Assembly (NCBI GenBank): GCA_965213705.1
Contig: OZ243913.1
Span: 1,568,001 to 1,632,000, forward strand
Direction: 5' to 3'
Length of the DNA stretch: 64,000 nucleotides
From: Trueperaceae bacterium
Lineage (GTDB): Bacteria > Deinococcota > Deinococci > Deinococcales > Trueperaceae
Positions 19,311 through 27,767 of the stretch are shown here, in pieces. Every line of letters begins with the position of its first letter. Position 1 is the first letter of the stretch. The notes beneath the pieces were generated by a model. That model had not been told where the DNA came from and did not search any database. It saw nothing but the letters and a program-made list of their open reading frames with translations. A program made the position numbers and the translations under genes.

Positions 19311-19453
19311 GAGGGTCTCCTTGCTCTACCCATACACGCTTGAGCCGAATATGGATGAACTTGAGAAAATCAAAGGTGAAAAATGTGATGCCGCTTCTAT
19401 CAAATAACCTGACTTACATAGTTTTCGTCCGAACCTGTTAAGCTGCTTTCCAC

Positions 19454-20056
19454 ATGAACGATTCTCTACTTCAAACACGAATGCACGGCACGACCATCGT
19501 CGCCGTTCACCGCGACGGTGTCAGCGCCATCGCGGGTGACGGGCAAGTTACTTTAGGCGACACCATCGTTAAAAAGGGCGCGGTCAAGGTGCGCGAACTC
19601 GGCGACGGCAAGGTGCTGGCCGGTTTCGCGGGCGCGACGGCGGACGCGTTTACGCTGCTGGAAAAGTTCGAACAGTACCTCTCGAGCTACAAGGGCAACC
19701 TGCTCCGGTCCGCCGTCGAAACGGTCAAAGAGTGGCGCACCGACAAGATGCTCCGCAACCTTGAAGCGATGATGATTGTGGTCGACAGCGAGCGCGTCCT
19801 CATGCTGTCGGGCGTGGGCGACGTGGTCGCACCCGACAACGCCGTCGCCGCGACGGGCTCGGGCGGGCCGTACGCGCAGGCGGCGGCCTTGGCGCTGCTC
19901 GAGAACACGGACTTCAGCGCCGAAGAAATCGTGCGCAAGGCAATTCAAATTGCCGCCGAAATCGACATTTACACGAGCGGCAACGCGACCGTGTTGACGG
20001 TCGGCGGGGAAGACTTAGACGAAGAAGACTCAACTAAAGAAGAGGTCGAAGCGTGA
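19454..20056 (+). CDS. hslV: ATP-dependent protease subunit HslV
   Basis: [25 protein letters not shown]. Confidence 0.97.
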   Translation: MNDSLLQTRMHGTTIVAVHRDGVSAIAGDGQVTLGDTIVKKGAVKVRELGDGKVLAGFAGATADAFTLLEKFEQYLSSYKGNLLRSAVETVKEWRTDKMLRNLEAMMIVVDSERVLMLSGVGDVVAPDNAVAATGSGGPYAQAAALALLENTDFSAEEIVRKAIQIAAEIDIYTSGNATVLTVGGEDLDEEDSTKEEVEA

Positions 20057-21405
20057 CGGACATTGCAGAGAACACCACCGCTAACAACGCTGGGAACAGT
20101 GCGGAAGCCATCGTCCGCGCCGCCGAGGGCCTGACGCCGCTGCAAATCGTTGAAGAACTCGACAAGCACATCATCGGCCAGCACAAAGCCAAACGGAGCG
20201 TCGCCGTAGCACTCCGCAACCACTACCGCCGCCGCCAACTCCCCGAGGCGCTGCAACTCGAGATAACGCCCAAAAACATCATCATGATAGGCCCGACCGG
20301 GGTCGGCAAGACCGAAATCGCCCGTCGCCTGGCGCGGCTGGCGCGCTCGCCCTTCATCAAAATCGAGGCGACGAAGTTCACCGAGGTCGGCTACGTCGGG
20401 CGCGACGTGGACTCCATCGTCCGCGACCTTGCGCAGGCCGCTTACGTGATGGTCGAGGACGAGAAAAAAGAGGCCGTCAAAGAGCGCGCCGAGCGCAACG
20501 CCGAGGAGCGACTTCTCGACGTGCTGCTGCCCGGCGGCACCACCGAAGGCCGCGACAAGATGCGCGAACTGCTCAAGTCGGGCAAGATGGAAGAGCGCCC
20601 TGTCGAAATCGAGGTCAAGGACGAGCGCCCGAACGCCGGCGTGATGATTCCGGGCATGGAAGAGATGGGCATGAACCTCCAGGACATGCTCTCGAACGTC
20701 ATGCCCAAACGCCGCGTGAAGCGCAAAACGACCGTCAAAGAAGCGCGCAAAGCCCTCCAGGGCGAAGAAGCCGAAAAACTCATCGACTTCGACGAGGTCG
20801 CGCGCGAGGCCGTGTACCGGGCCGAGAACCAGGGCATCGTCTTTATCGACGAAATCGACAAAATCGCCAGCGAGGAGAATTCTCGAGGCGGCGACGTGTC
20901 CGGCGAGGGCGTGCAGCGCGACCTGCTGCCGGTCGTCGAGGGCACGCAGGTCAACACCCGCTACGGCCAGGTCAAGACCGACCACGTGCTGTTCATCGCC
21001 GCGGGCGCGTTCAGTGTCGCCAAACCGTCCGACCTCATCCCCGAACTTCAGGGCCGCTTTCCGATTCGGGTCGAGTTGGAAGAACTCACCGCTTCGGATT
21101 TTCAGCGAATTCTTACCCAAACGCAAAACTCGCTCACCATGCAGTACACCGAGCTCTTAAAAGTTGACGGCACCCACGTCTCCTTCGACGAGTCGGGCAT
21201 CGTCGCGATTGCCGACTACGCCGAGCGCGTCAACCAAGAGGTCGAGGACATCGGCGCGCGGCGGCTCTACACGATTCTCGAGACCATCCTCGAAGACGTG
21301 AGTTTCGGTACGGGTTTGGGCGTGGTCAAGATAGACAAAGCTTACGTGGAGAAAAAGCTCGAGGACATCGTCGAGGACGAGGACTTGAGCCGGTACGTGC
21401 TGTAG
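20053..21405 (+). CDS. hslU: ATP-dependent protease ATPase HslU
   Basis: [27 protein letters not shown]. Confidence 0.97.
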   Translation: MTDIAENTTANNAGNSAEAIVRAAEGLTPLQIVEELDKHIIGQHKAKRSVAVALRNHYRRRQLPEALQLEITPKNIIMIGPTGVGKTEIARRLARLARSPFIKIEATKFTEVGYVGRDVDSIVRDLAQAAYVMVEDEKKEAVKERAERNAEERLLDVLLPGGTTEGRDKMRELLKSGKMEERPVEIEVKDERPNAGVMIPGMEEMGMNLQDMLSNVMPKRRVKRKTTVKEARKALQGEEAEKLIDFDEVAREAVYRAENQGIVFIDEIDKIASEENSRGGDVSGEGVQRDLLPVVEGTQVNTRYGQVKTDHVLFIAAGAFSVAKPSDLIPELQGRFPIRVELEELTASDFQRILTQTQNSLTMQYTELLKVDGTHVSFDESGIVAIADYAERVNQEVEDIGARRLYTILETILEDVSFGTGLGVVKIDKAYVEKKLEDIVEDEDLSRYVL

Positions 21406-21424
21406 GAGGGCGAAACCTACACTT

Positions 21425-21510
21425 GTCTTCCTGAACGTAGCACAGCGAAGTGAAAGAATCTCGTTTTTACCGCACCGTCGAGAGATTCTTTCGCTATCGC
21501 TCAGAATGAC
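21425..21510. repeat. 86-bp palindromic REP-like element, copy 1
   Basis: GTCTTCCTGAACG...GAAAGAATCTCG...CGAGAGATTCTTTC...CGCTCAGAATGAC; second copy at 26077. Confidence 0.8.
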
Positions 21511-21590
21511 GTGGAGCGTAATCTATCGAACCCCATTTGAGTCAGGCCAACCCTGAGTTTTTGTAGGGATGAGTGTGCTACAATCTCGCT

Positions 21591-21872
21591 GTGGTCAAAC
21601 GGATTTGCTTACCGCTGATTCTTGCTATCTGCGCAACTTTGCTGGTTAGTTGTGACGTGGATTCTTGGAACCGAAACGAAAACCTAGAAGTTCAGACGCC
21701 TTACCTCATGTATCCACTACCCTACGCCACAGAAGATGGACTCGCGCACCCCTACGCAGCCTGTCCGATAGATACCACGACCGAAGTTGTAACGGCTGAT
21801 TCCAGAACTGTCCAACAGTCTGAATCCAGCGAACTGAGCGAAACCTGCAAGGCGAAACCCGTAAACAGGTAG
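21591..21872 (+). CDS. Small lipoprotein
   Basis: Leaderless TACAAT-N6-GTG; signal peptide with LVSC lipobox. Confidence 0.6.
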   Translation: MVKRICLPLILAICATLLVSCDVDSWNRNENLEVQTPYLMYPLPYATEDGLAHPYAACPIDTTTEVVTADSRTVQQSESSELSETCKAKPVNR

Positions 21873-21913
21873 TTTGTAGAGAAAGTTTAGCTTTTTGTAT
21901 AGAGTTACACGTT

Positions 21914-23449
21914 TTAGTGTTCTGTTCCCTCCCAGTGCTGTCTCGCCTTTTCAAACGTCTGCGCGCCCACCTTTCTTCCCAATTCTCGCCCGCGCAGGTC
22001 GCCGTCTTGAAAGTGAATCCCGCCGTAGCGCCGCGACATCCCGGCCTCGGCGGCGGCGGTGCTGAAGGTGGGCCACTGCAGGATGACGGGGGTTTGGGGA
22101 CCGCGTTCAAACCGCAGACTTCCCGCTGGGGCAACGTATTGTCCTAAAAGTTTGCCCGTTTCCGACACGCTCACGCCGTCGTAAAACACATCACTGCCGG
22201 TAAAAAGTTTCAACACCTCGGCCCCCGCCGCGCTAAAGGCGCTGTGCCCCGAGACGTACTCGGGAAAGGCGGGCGTCATGGTGGCGGGTGCTTGGTAAGG
22301 TCGCCAGTCGGCAGCGTCGATGAGCGCCTTACCTTTGTTGGGGCCGCTCCAAGCGTTGAGCTTTTCCCCTTTGTACAAATAGTGAATCGCGCTGACGGGC
22401 CGCACGTAGTCGTAAAAGCGCTTGGCGTCCCAAACCGCTATCCCGGCGTCGAACAGGGCGGCGTTCAGCGTGAAGTAGAGTCTCACGTCGTCGTCCAGGG
22501 TGTGGTGGTCGCGCAGGGAAACGCCGTGGGCGAGCAGGTTCCAGTGGCCGGGCGGGGTTTCAGAGCGGGGGCCATCGGCCCAGTACTCGGCCATGACTTT
22601 TTGCGCGTCGGTGAGCGCGGCGCTGAGTTCTAACACTTCGGCGGTTTGCTCCCGGAAAGCTGCGTCGTTCGTCGTCACCCGGCCGAGCGCGTCGGTGTAG
22701 GGCTTTGATGAACCGAGCTGTGGCGGCGGCGGCGGGCGGAACTGGTCGCCGGACGCCAGCGCGAACCCCTCCACCGCGCCCCACTGCGGGGTCATGAAAC
22801 GCTGATCTTGATAGCTCGTCAGGTCGGTTTCGTCAACAACCGGCCACCCGTCCGCGTCAAGGCGGAGGCCGGTCGGCAGGCGTAGCGGCGTCCAGCGGTT
22901 GGGGTCGTCGCCCGCGTTGTAGTGGTACAGCTTGGGGTAAATAGTTGAAGTCGTGTCCAAAAAGCCGTCCGCGGCGTTGGCCCCGTCGACGGTGCGAAGT
23001 TCCAAGAGGTCTCGAGCCACCCTGTAACCCACGGCCGTCGGTGTATCGACGCCGCTCAAGTAGGGCGCGTAGCCGAGGTCGCTCAGCAGCGCGCTGAACG
23101 CTTTAGATGCAGTTTCGTACTCGGGGAAGAGGGCTAGAAGCGTCGTAAAGGCGGCTTGGCTCAAGGCCTCGGTTTTGTTCGCCTCGGTGTGTTCGGCGGC
23201 AGGGCGTTTGAGCGTGGGGTCGGCGGTGACCGGAGTTGCAGCGTCGTCGTAGAGACTCCAGGCGTCGAACATGGCTTGGTGAAGGATGAAGAGGGAACGT
23301 GTTACCACCGTCACCTTGTGCGACTTCGCGCGCACCGCGTTAAGCGCCGCCTCGTTCCACCTCACGACCACGCTCGGTTGCGTCTGAGCGACGCCGACAC
23401 CTGCAAAACAAAAAAGGCATAGAAGTAAGGCTCGAGTCCAGCGCTTCAT
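21914..23449 (-). CDS. Secreted vanadium-dependent haloperoxidase-like (PAP2 superfamily) protein
   Basis: Signal peptide; K-x6-RP, PEYVSGHS and SRRYGGIHF motifs. Confidence 0.85.
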   Translation of the reverse strand: MKRWTRALLLCLFCFAGVGVAQTQPSVVVRWNEAALNAVRAKSHKVTVVTRSLFILHQAMFDAWSLYDDAATPVTADPTLKRPAAEHTEANKTEALSQAAFTTLLALFPEYETASKAFSALLSDLGYAPYLSGVDTPTAVGYRVARDLLELRTVDGANAADGFLDTTSTIYPKLYHYNAGDDPNRWTPLRLPTGLRLDADGWPVVDETDLTSYQDQRFMTPQWGAVEGFALASGDQFRPPPPPQLGSSKPYTDALGRVTTNDAAFREQTAEVLELSAALTDAQKVMAEYWADGPRSETPPGHWNLLAHGVSLRDHHTLDDDVRLYFTLNAALFDAGIAVWDAKRFYDYVRPVSAIHYLYKGEKLNAWSGPNKGKALIDAADWRPYQAPATMTPAFPEYVSGHSAFSAAGAEVLKLFTGSDVFYDGVSVSETGKLLGQYVAPAGSLRFERGPQTPVILQWPTFSTAAAEAGMSRRYGGIHFQDGDLRGRELGRKVGAQTFEKARQHWEGTEH

Positions 23450-23476
23450 GCGTTCAAAGTATAAAACCTTCTCGAC

Positions 23477-25888
23477 TCAAGCGGCTTCATCAATCACTTT
23501 GACTTCGTAATCCTGGCCCTCCCACTTCTCCTCGTCCAGCCAGTAAAAGGTGAAGCGAACTGAACCTTGTTGGTCTTCGGCTAGGTCCAAGTCCACGTAC
23601 TCGAGGCCCACGGCAGTTTCTTCCGAGCGGGTATCCTCCACGTCCTCCCAGTCGTTCAGGCTCCAGCGCAGCCGGAACGCTTTTGGACACTGGACGCGCA
23701 GGCGGTAGCCGCGTTTGACGGTCGTGGGTTGGCGGTTGGGTTTCCAAATTTCTGTGTTTTGGCACTCATGCTTTTCCACATAGCGTTCATACACCTCGGC
23801 AATGCGGTCGAACACCGCGCCGTCGGCGGCCGAGCGGAGCAGCCTGAGGTATTCGGCGTGCGCCCACATGAGCGGCATCGCGGAGCCGGTCGGCTCGCCC
23901 AAAAACAAGAACTGCTCGGGCCGGTCGGCCTCGTCCCAGACTTGCTCGGGCAATAGTCGGCCGTCGTTGGCGAACCTCTCAAAAGCCTCGATAAACGGTT
24001 TCACGTCCCGCCCAGCCGCGAGTTCGTAGTGGCCGCGCTCGCCGCCGAGTAAGGGCCAGGCGCGGCCCTCGCCCCAACCCTCGTAAGGGCCGCCGTCGGG
24101 GCGCTGGCCGTAGCCGTCGTGGTTGTAGCGGTGCCAGGCGTCGCCCTGGGGGGCCTCGAGCTTGAGAACCTTGTCGATGACTCTGAGCGAGTTTTCCATC
24201 AGTTCGCTCCCCGCCGCCCGCACGCCGTAGCGCACGAGTTCCAAAAAGCCCGCATCGACGATGTCCTTAGCCGGAAACGCGACTTGTGTGCCCGGCGGGC
24301 GGTTGGCGATGTTGACGACGCCTTCGTTCGGGTTTTCGTTTGGGTGCGGACTCCCCGGCTCGGCCGGGGTGATGCGGATGTAGTGTTCGGCGATGTCCGG
24401 GTGCAGCGTGCCGGCATTCGTCACCGTCCAGGCTTCGACGTGGCAGTTTAAAAAGTCGGCGTAGGTTTGGAAGAAACTGGCGGTCTTGGCGTCGCCGCGG
24501 TCACGGGCGAAGTGCGCGGCGCAGGTCAAGGCGGCGATGTTGACGGCGAGGGTCGAAGGGGAGTAACCGCTGTTTTCCTCCCAACGCTCTTGCGGCGTGG
24601 CCGGGCCGTGGCGGACGAGGTAGGCCGCCGCTTTCAAGACCATCGGGTAGGGGTCGAAGTTTTGCAGCGCGTCCAGCGTGTGCAGCCGCCAGGCGAGCAG
24701 GATTGGAAAGGCGACCTCGTCGAGCTGTACGCCCGTCCAATACGGGTCGCCGTCGACCCAAAAGTTCTGGTGAAAACCGCCGTCTTTAAGCTGCGCCACG
24801 GCGATGTAGATAAGGGCGCGCAGCGGCGTGCTCGTGTTGCCAATCGCCAAGAGCCCCATCACGCTCTGCACCAGGTCTCGAGTCCACACGAGGTGGTAGC
24901 CGCCCTCGCCCGCCTCGTCGCCCTTCGCCTGGCCCCAGGGAATGCTGAGCGAGGCGACCATCGCGCCGGGGTAGGTTTTGTCCTCGTGGGCGAGCAGCAG
25001 GCTGTAGGAGCGGTGGTAGAGGGTGCCGTCGTCGCCGGCCACGGCCTCCAGCTCGGGCAGGTGGGCGCAACTGCGCTCCCACTGCCGGACGAAGTCGTCT
25101 TTGTGGTCTTCGAAGGGCAAACTCAGCGACTGAAGCAGCGTCGTCACGACGTTGTGCAGGGTGTGGCCGAAGGAAAGGGCCAGGGTAAAGCTGTCGCCCC
25201 CGCTCAGGTCGATTTCGCCGGTCAACGCGATGTTGCCGTCCTGCACGCAGTCGAAGGAAAAGTCCAGCGCAAAGTTTTCGCTCAGGTCCTGCCAGCCGTC
25301 GTTCTCGCCCACGTAGCCGCAAGAGCAAGCCTTGAAAGGCAGCGAGGCGGCCAGCGCCAAGAAAATATCGTCCTTGTAGGCGACGAACATCTTCCGACCG
25401 GCCTCGACGACCACCTGCGCGCTGTTGCCCTGACCGCCCACGTCTAAGTGCGGTGCGCAGAGGACGAAGAGTTGTAGCTTGCCCCGCAAAGCCTTTTCAA
25501 CCTCGAAACGGGTGTGGATGAGCAGGGTGGGCTCGTGCGGGTCGCTGATAATATCTTTGACGATTTTGTAGCGGCCCTCGGGGTCGCTCGTGGTAATGCG
25601 GAAGCCGAGGGCGTGCTCGTCCAGGATTTCGGTCTGCGCGTTCATGTTGCGGCGTTCGTCGTGGAAGAACGTTTCACCGTCGGTCACCAGAAACTGCAGG
25701 TCGCGCAGTTGCGGCCGGTCGATGGTGGGGTAGTAAACCTCGTTGACGAGTCCGCGGGACAGCGTAGCCCAAATCGTGCTCGAGGTCGAGTAAGCTGTCA
25801 CCACCCCGTCTTTCGCGCCGCGCGTCCACTTCGGCGTGGTGCCGGGGCCGCCGGGGGCGGGGTTGTGGCAGGAACCTAGTCCGTCCAT
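23477..25888 (-). CDS. GH15 glucan 1,4-alpha-glucosidase / glucodextranase
   Basis: Start ATG 25888 with GAGG RBS; GGYHLVWTRD, QERWEE, LPEQVW, PLMWAHAEY. Confidence 0.92.
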   Translation of the reverse strand: MDGLGSCHNPAPGGPGTTPKWTRGAKDGVVTAYSTSSTIWATLSRGLVNEVYYPTIDRPQLRDLQFLVTDGETFFHDERRNMNAQTEILDEHALGFRITTSDPEGRYKIVKDIISDPHEPTLLIHTRFEVEKALRGKLQLFVLCAPHLDVGGQGNSAQVVVEAGRKMFVAYKDDIFLALAASLPFKACSCGYVGENDGWQDLSENFALDFSFDCVQDGNIALTGEIDLSGGDSFTLALSFGHTLHNVVTTLLQSLSLPFEDHKDDFVRQWERSCAHLPELEAVAGDDGTLYHRSYSLLLAHEDKTYPGAMVASLSIPWGQAKGDEAGEGGYHLVWTRDLVQSVMGLLAIGNTSTPLRALIYIAVAQLKDGGFHQNFWVDGDPYWTGVQLDEVAFPILLAWRLHTLDALQNFDPYPMVLKAAAYLVRHGPATPQERWEENSGYSPSTLAVNIAALTCAAHFARDRGDAKTASFFQTYADFLNCHVEAWTVTNAGTLHPDIAEHYIRITPAEPGSPHPNENPNEGVVNIANRPPGTQVAFPAKDIVDAGFLELVRYGVRAAGSELMENSLRVIDKVLKLEAPQGDAWHRYNHDGYGQRPDGGPYEGWGEGRAWPLLGGERGHYELAAGRDVKPFIEAFERFANDGRLLPEQVWDEADRPEQFLFLGEPTGSAMPLMWAHAEYLRLLRSAADGAVFDRIAEVYERYVEKHECQNTEIWKPNRQPTTVKRGYRLRVQCPKAFRLRWSLNDWEDVEDTRSEETAVGLEYVDLDLAEDQQGSVRFTFYWLDEEKWEGQDYEVKVIDEAA

Positions 25889-26076
25889 GTTGTCCTCTCT
25901 TGACGTTGCGATAAAGTTTGAAGAGGTGCGTGCCTCGTCTTCTTGCCCCATTAAACCCTTGCCGTCAAGCGGTTGACAGTCGGGTGAAGCAAGGTTAGGA
26001 AAAAGTACCGAGGCCCGAGTAGAAAGTACCGAGTTGCAGAGGGAAGTTTGAAAGTTCTCGAGCCTTAGACAAACTC

Positions 26077-26162
26077 GTCGTTCTGAACGCAGCGCAGCGA
26101 AGTGAAAGAATCTCGCTTTCACCGTACCGCCGGGAAATTCTTTCGCTACCGCTCAGGATGAC
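26077..26162. repeat. 86-bp palindromic REP-like element, copy 2
   Basis: Colinear with and the same length as 21425-21510. Confidence 0.8.
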
Positions 26163-26202
26163 GGGAGTGGGTGCTCGAGCGCGTCCGCTGTCCCCCACCC
26201 TC

Positions 26203-27141
26203 CTACTTCGTGACTGAAGGAGCCGGCAACCGCTTCGCCCGCACCTCTTCGCTGATTTCGGCCACAATCAACGCGCCGACCAAAAACATCAGCAGCGCGA
26301 AGTACAGCCACAGCAAAATCGCCAGCAGGCTCGTCACCACCCCGTAGATGAGGTTGAACTGCTCGGGGTTGAAGGTGCGCTCGAAAACGGTGCGCATGAC
26401 GATGATGCTCGTCGTGCTGAACAGTGCGCCGACCGCCGCGCCCAGCCAACTGCTGCTGCGCCGTGGCAGGTAGCGAAAACAGACCGTAAACACGGTCGTC
26501 GCCACCGCAAAACGAATCACCTCCGTCCACCAGCCCTGCCCCCAGGTGATGCGCAAAGTCGGCACGTTTAAGTTGAACTCGTGAAGTTGCGCGGTGACGA
26601 GCGCGGAAAACTGGTTGATGGAGGTGCTGAGCAGCCCGCCGATAAGTTCGATGCCGATGACGAGCGCCACGGTTGCCACCAGCAGCACCGCCACCACGCG
26701 CTTGCGCCAGTAGCCGCGCATTTTGGGGACGTCGAAAATCACTTCCAGGGCGAGCTGGAGCGAGGTGAAAAAGTTGCTGCTGGCCCAGATGAGGACCAGC
26801 ACCGACACGACGCTGCGAAACAGCGCCCCCTGGCTCATCTGCGCCAATATAGCGTCGAAACTTTGGTTGATGAGGTTGACGCCGTTGTCCTGCAGGGGCA
26901 TAAGTTGCGCGACTAAGTCGGTCACCGCGAGGCGATACTGCTCGAGTAAGTCGGGGCGGTTGCGCAAAAAAAGCCTGAACCAGCCCGCCAGCAAGAGCAG
27001 CAGCGGCCCGATGGAGAAAGCCGCGTAGTAGGCGAGCGCCGCCGCGAGCAGGGGCAGCCGTGAGACGTTGAAACGCTTGTACAGCCGCAGCAGAAACGAT
27101 ACCGGCAGCGTCTCCGAAAACGTCTTGAGGTGGGCGCGCAT
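26203..27141 (-). CDS. YihY/BrkB-family membrane protein
   Basis: Leaderless ATG 27141; AAALAYYAAFSIGP, YGVVTSLLAILLWLY. Confidence 0.88.
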   Translation of the reverse strand: MRAHLKTFSETLPVSFLLRLYKRFNVSRLPLLAAALAYYAAFSIGPLLLLLAGWFRLFLRNRPDLLEQYRLAVTDLVAQLMPLQDNGVNLINQSFDAILAQMSQGALFRSVVSVLVLIWASSNFFTSLQLALEVIFDVPKMRGYWRKRVVAVLLVATVALVIGIELIGGLLSTSINQFSALVTAQLHEFNLNVPTLRITWGQGWWTEVIRFAVATTVFTVCFRYLPRRSSSWLGAAVGALFSTTSIIVMRTVFERTFNPEQFNLIYGVVTSLLAILLWLYFALLMFLVGALIVAEISEEVRAKRLPAPSVTK

Positions 27142-27173
27142 GGCTACAGTGTAAGCCGAACCGGGGCGCGTCT

Positions 27174-27731
27174 TTAGGCAGTAGGTGTGTTTTCGCGCCG
27201 CCGGTCCAGGTAAATTGCCACCAGCACGCCCGCCAGCGCAACCAGCGCGTGCAACCCCAGCCAGGTCGGGGCGGGTTCCCAGGGCAGGGTGACTTTGAAC
27301 AGGTCTTGGCGGGACAGCGTGTAGGCGATGACCTGTGGCAGCGCCACGAGGAGGGGGGACACGAGCAGCGCCGGGTAGCGCCAGGCGTACTCCAAACCCA
27401 ACGCTCCCAACAACGTCGAGGTTAAGACGATGGGCAACATGACGAGCCAGTTCGCGTCCCCCGACAGCAAGCCGACCGGCGGCGCGAGGAGCGCGGTCAG
27501 GTACACAAACCCCATCCCGGCGACGCTGAAACTCAGGTACATGACGAGCAAAATGCCCGCGCTGCGGTAGAGAAGCGGCAGCGGCGACACCGCCAGCGCC
27601 GCCGCCGTCAAAAACAGAAAAAAGCCGATGATGTAGCTTTGCGGCGCGGGCAGGGTGCGCATCGCCACCGCGCTCACCCGGCCTCGAGCGGTGCAGCCGC
27701 AAGCGTCTTGAGGCACAACAGGGTCATACAC
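27174..27731 (-). CDS. Membrane protein of unknown function
   Basis: Multi-TM ORF with host-like codon usage; true start may be ATG 27662. Confidence 0.7.
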   Translation of the reverse strand: MYDPVVPQDACGCTARGRVSAVAMRTLPAPQSYIIGFFLFLTAAALAVSPLPLLYRSAGILLVMYLSFSVAGMGFVYLTALLAPPVGLLSGDANWLVMLPIVLTSTLLGALGLEYAWRYPALLVSPLLVALPQVIAYTLSRQDLFKVTLPWEPAPTWLGLHALVALAGVLVAIYLDRRRENTPTA

Positions 27732-27767
27732 ATGAACAGCATCCTACCCTCACGGAGGGGGGCGGCG

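Noticed and set aside
19339..19440. HAIR/CIRCE heat-shock operator upstream of hslV
   Set aside because: Only CTTGAG half-sites, with no correctly spaced inverted partner
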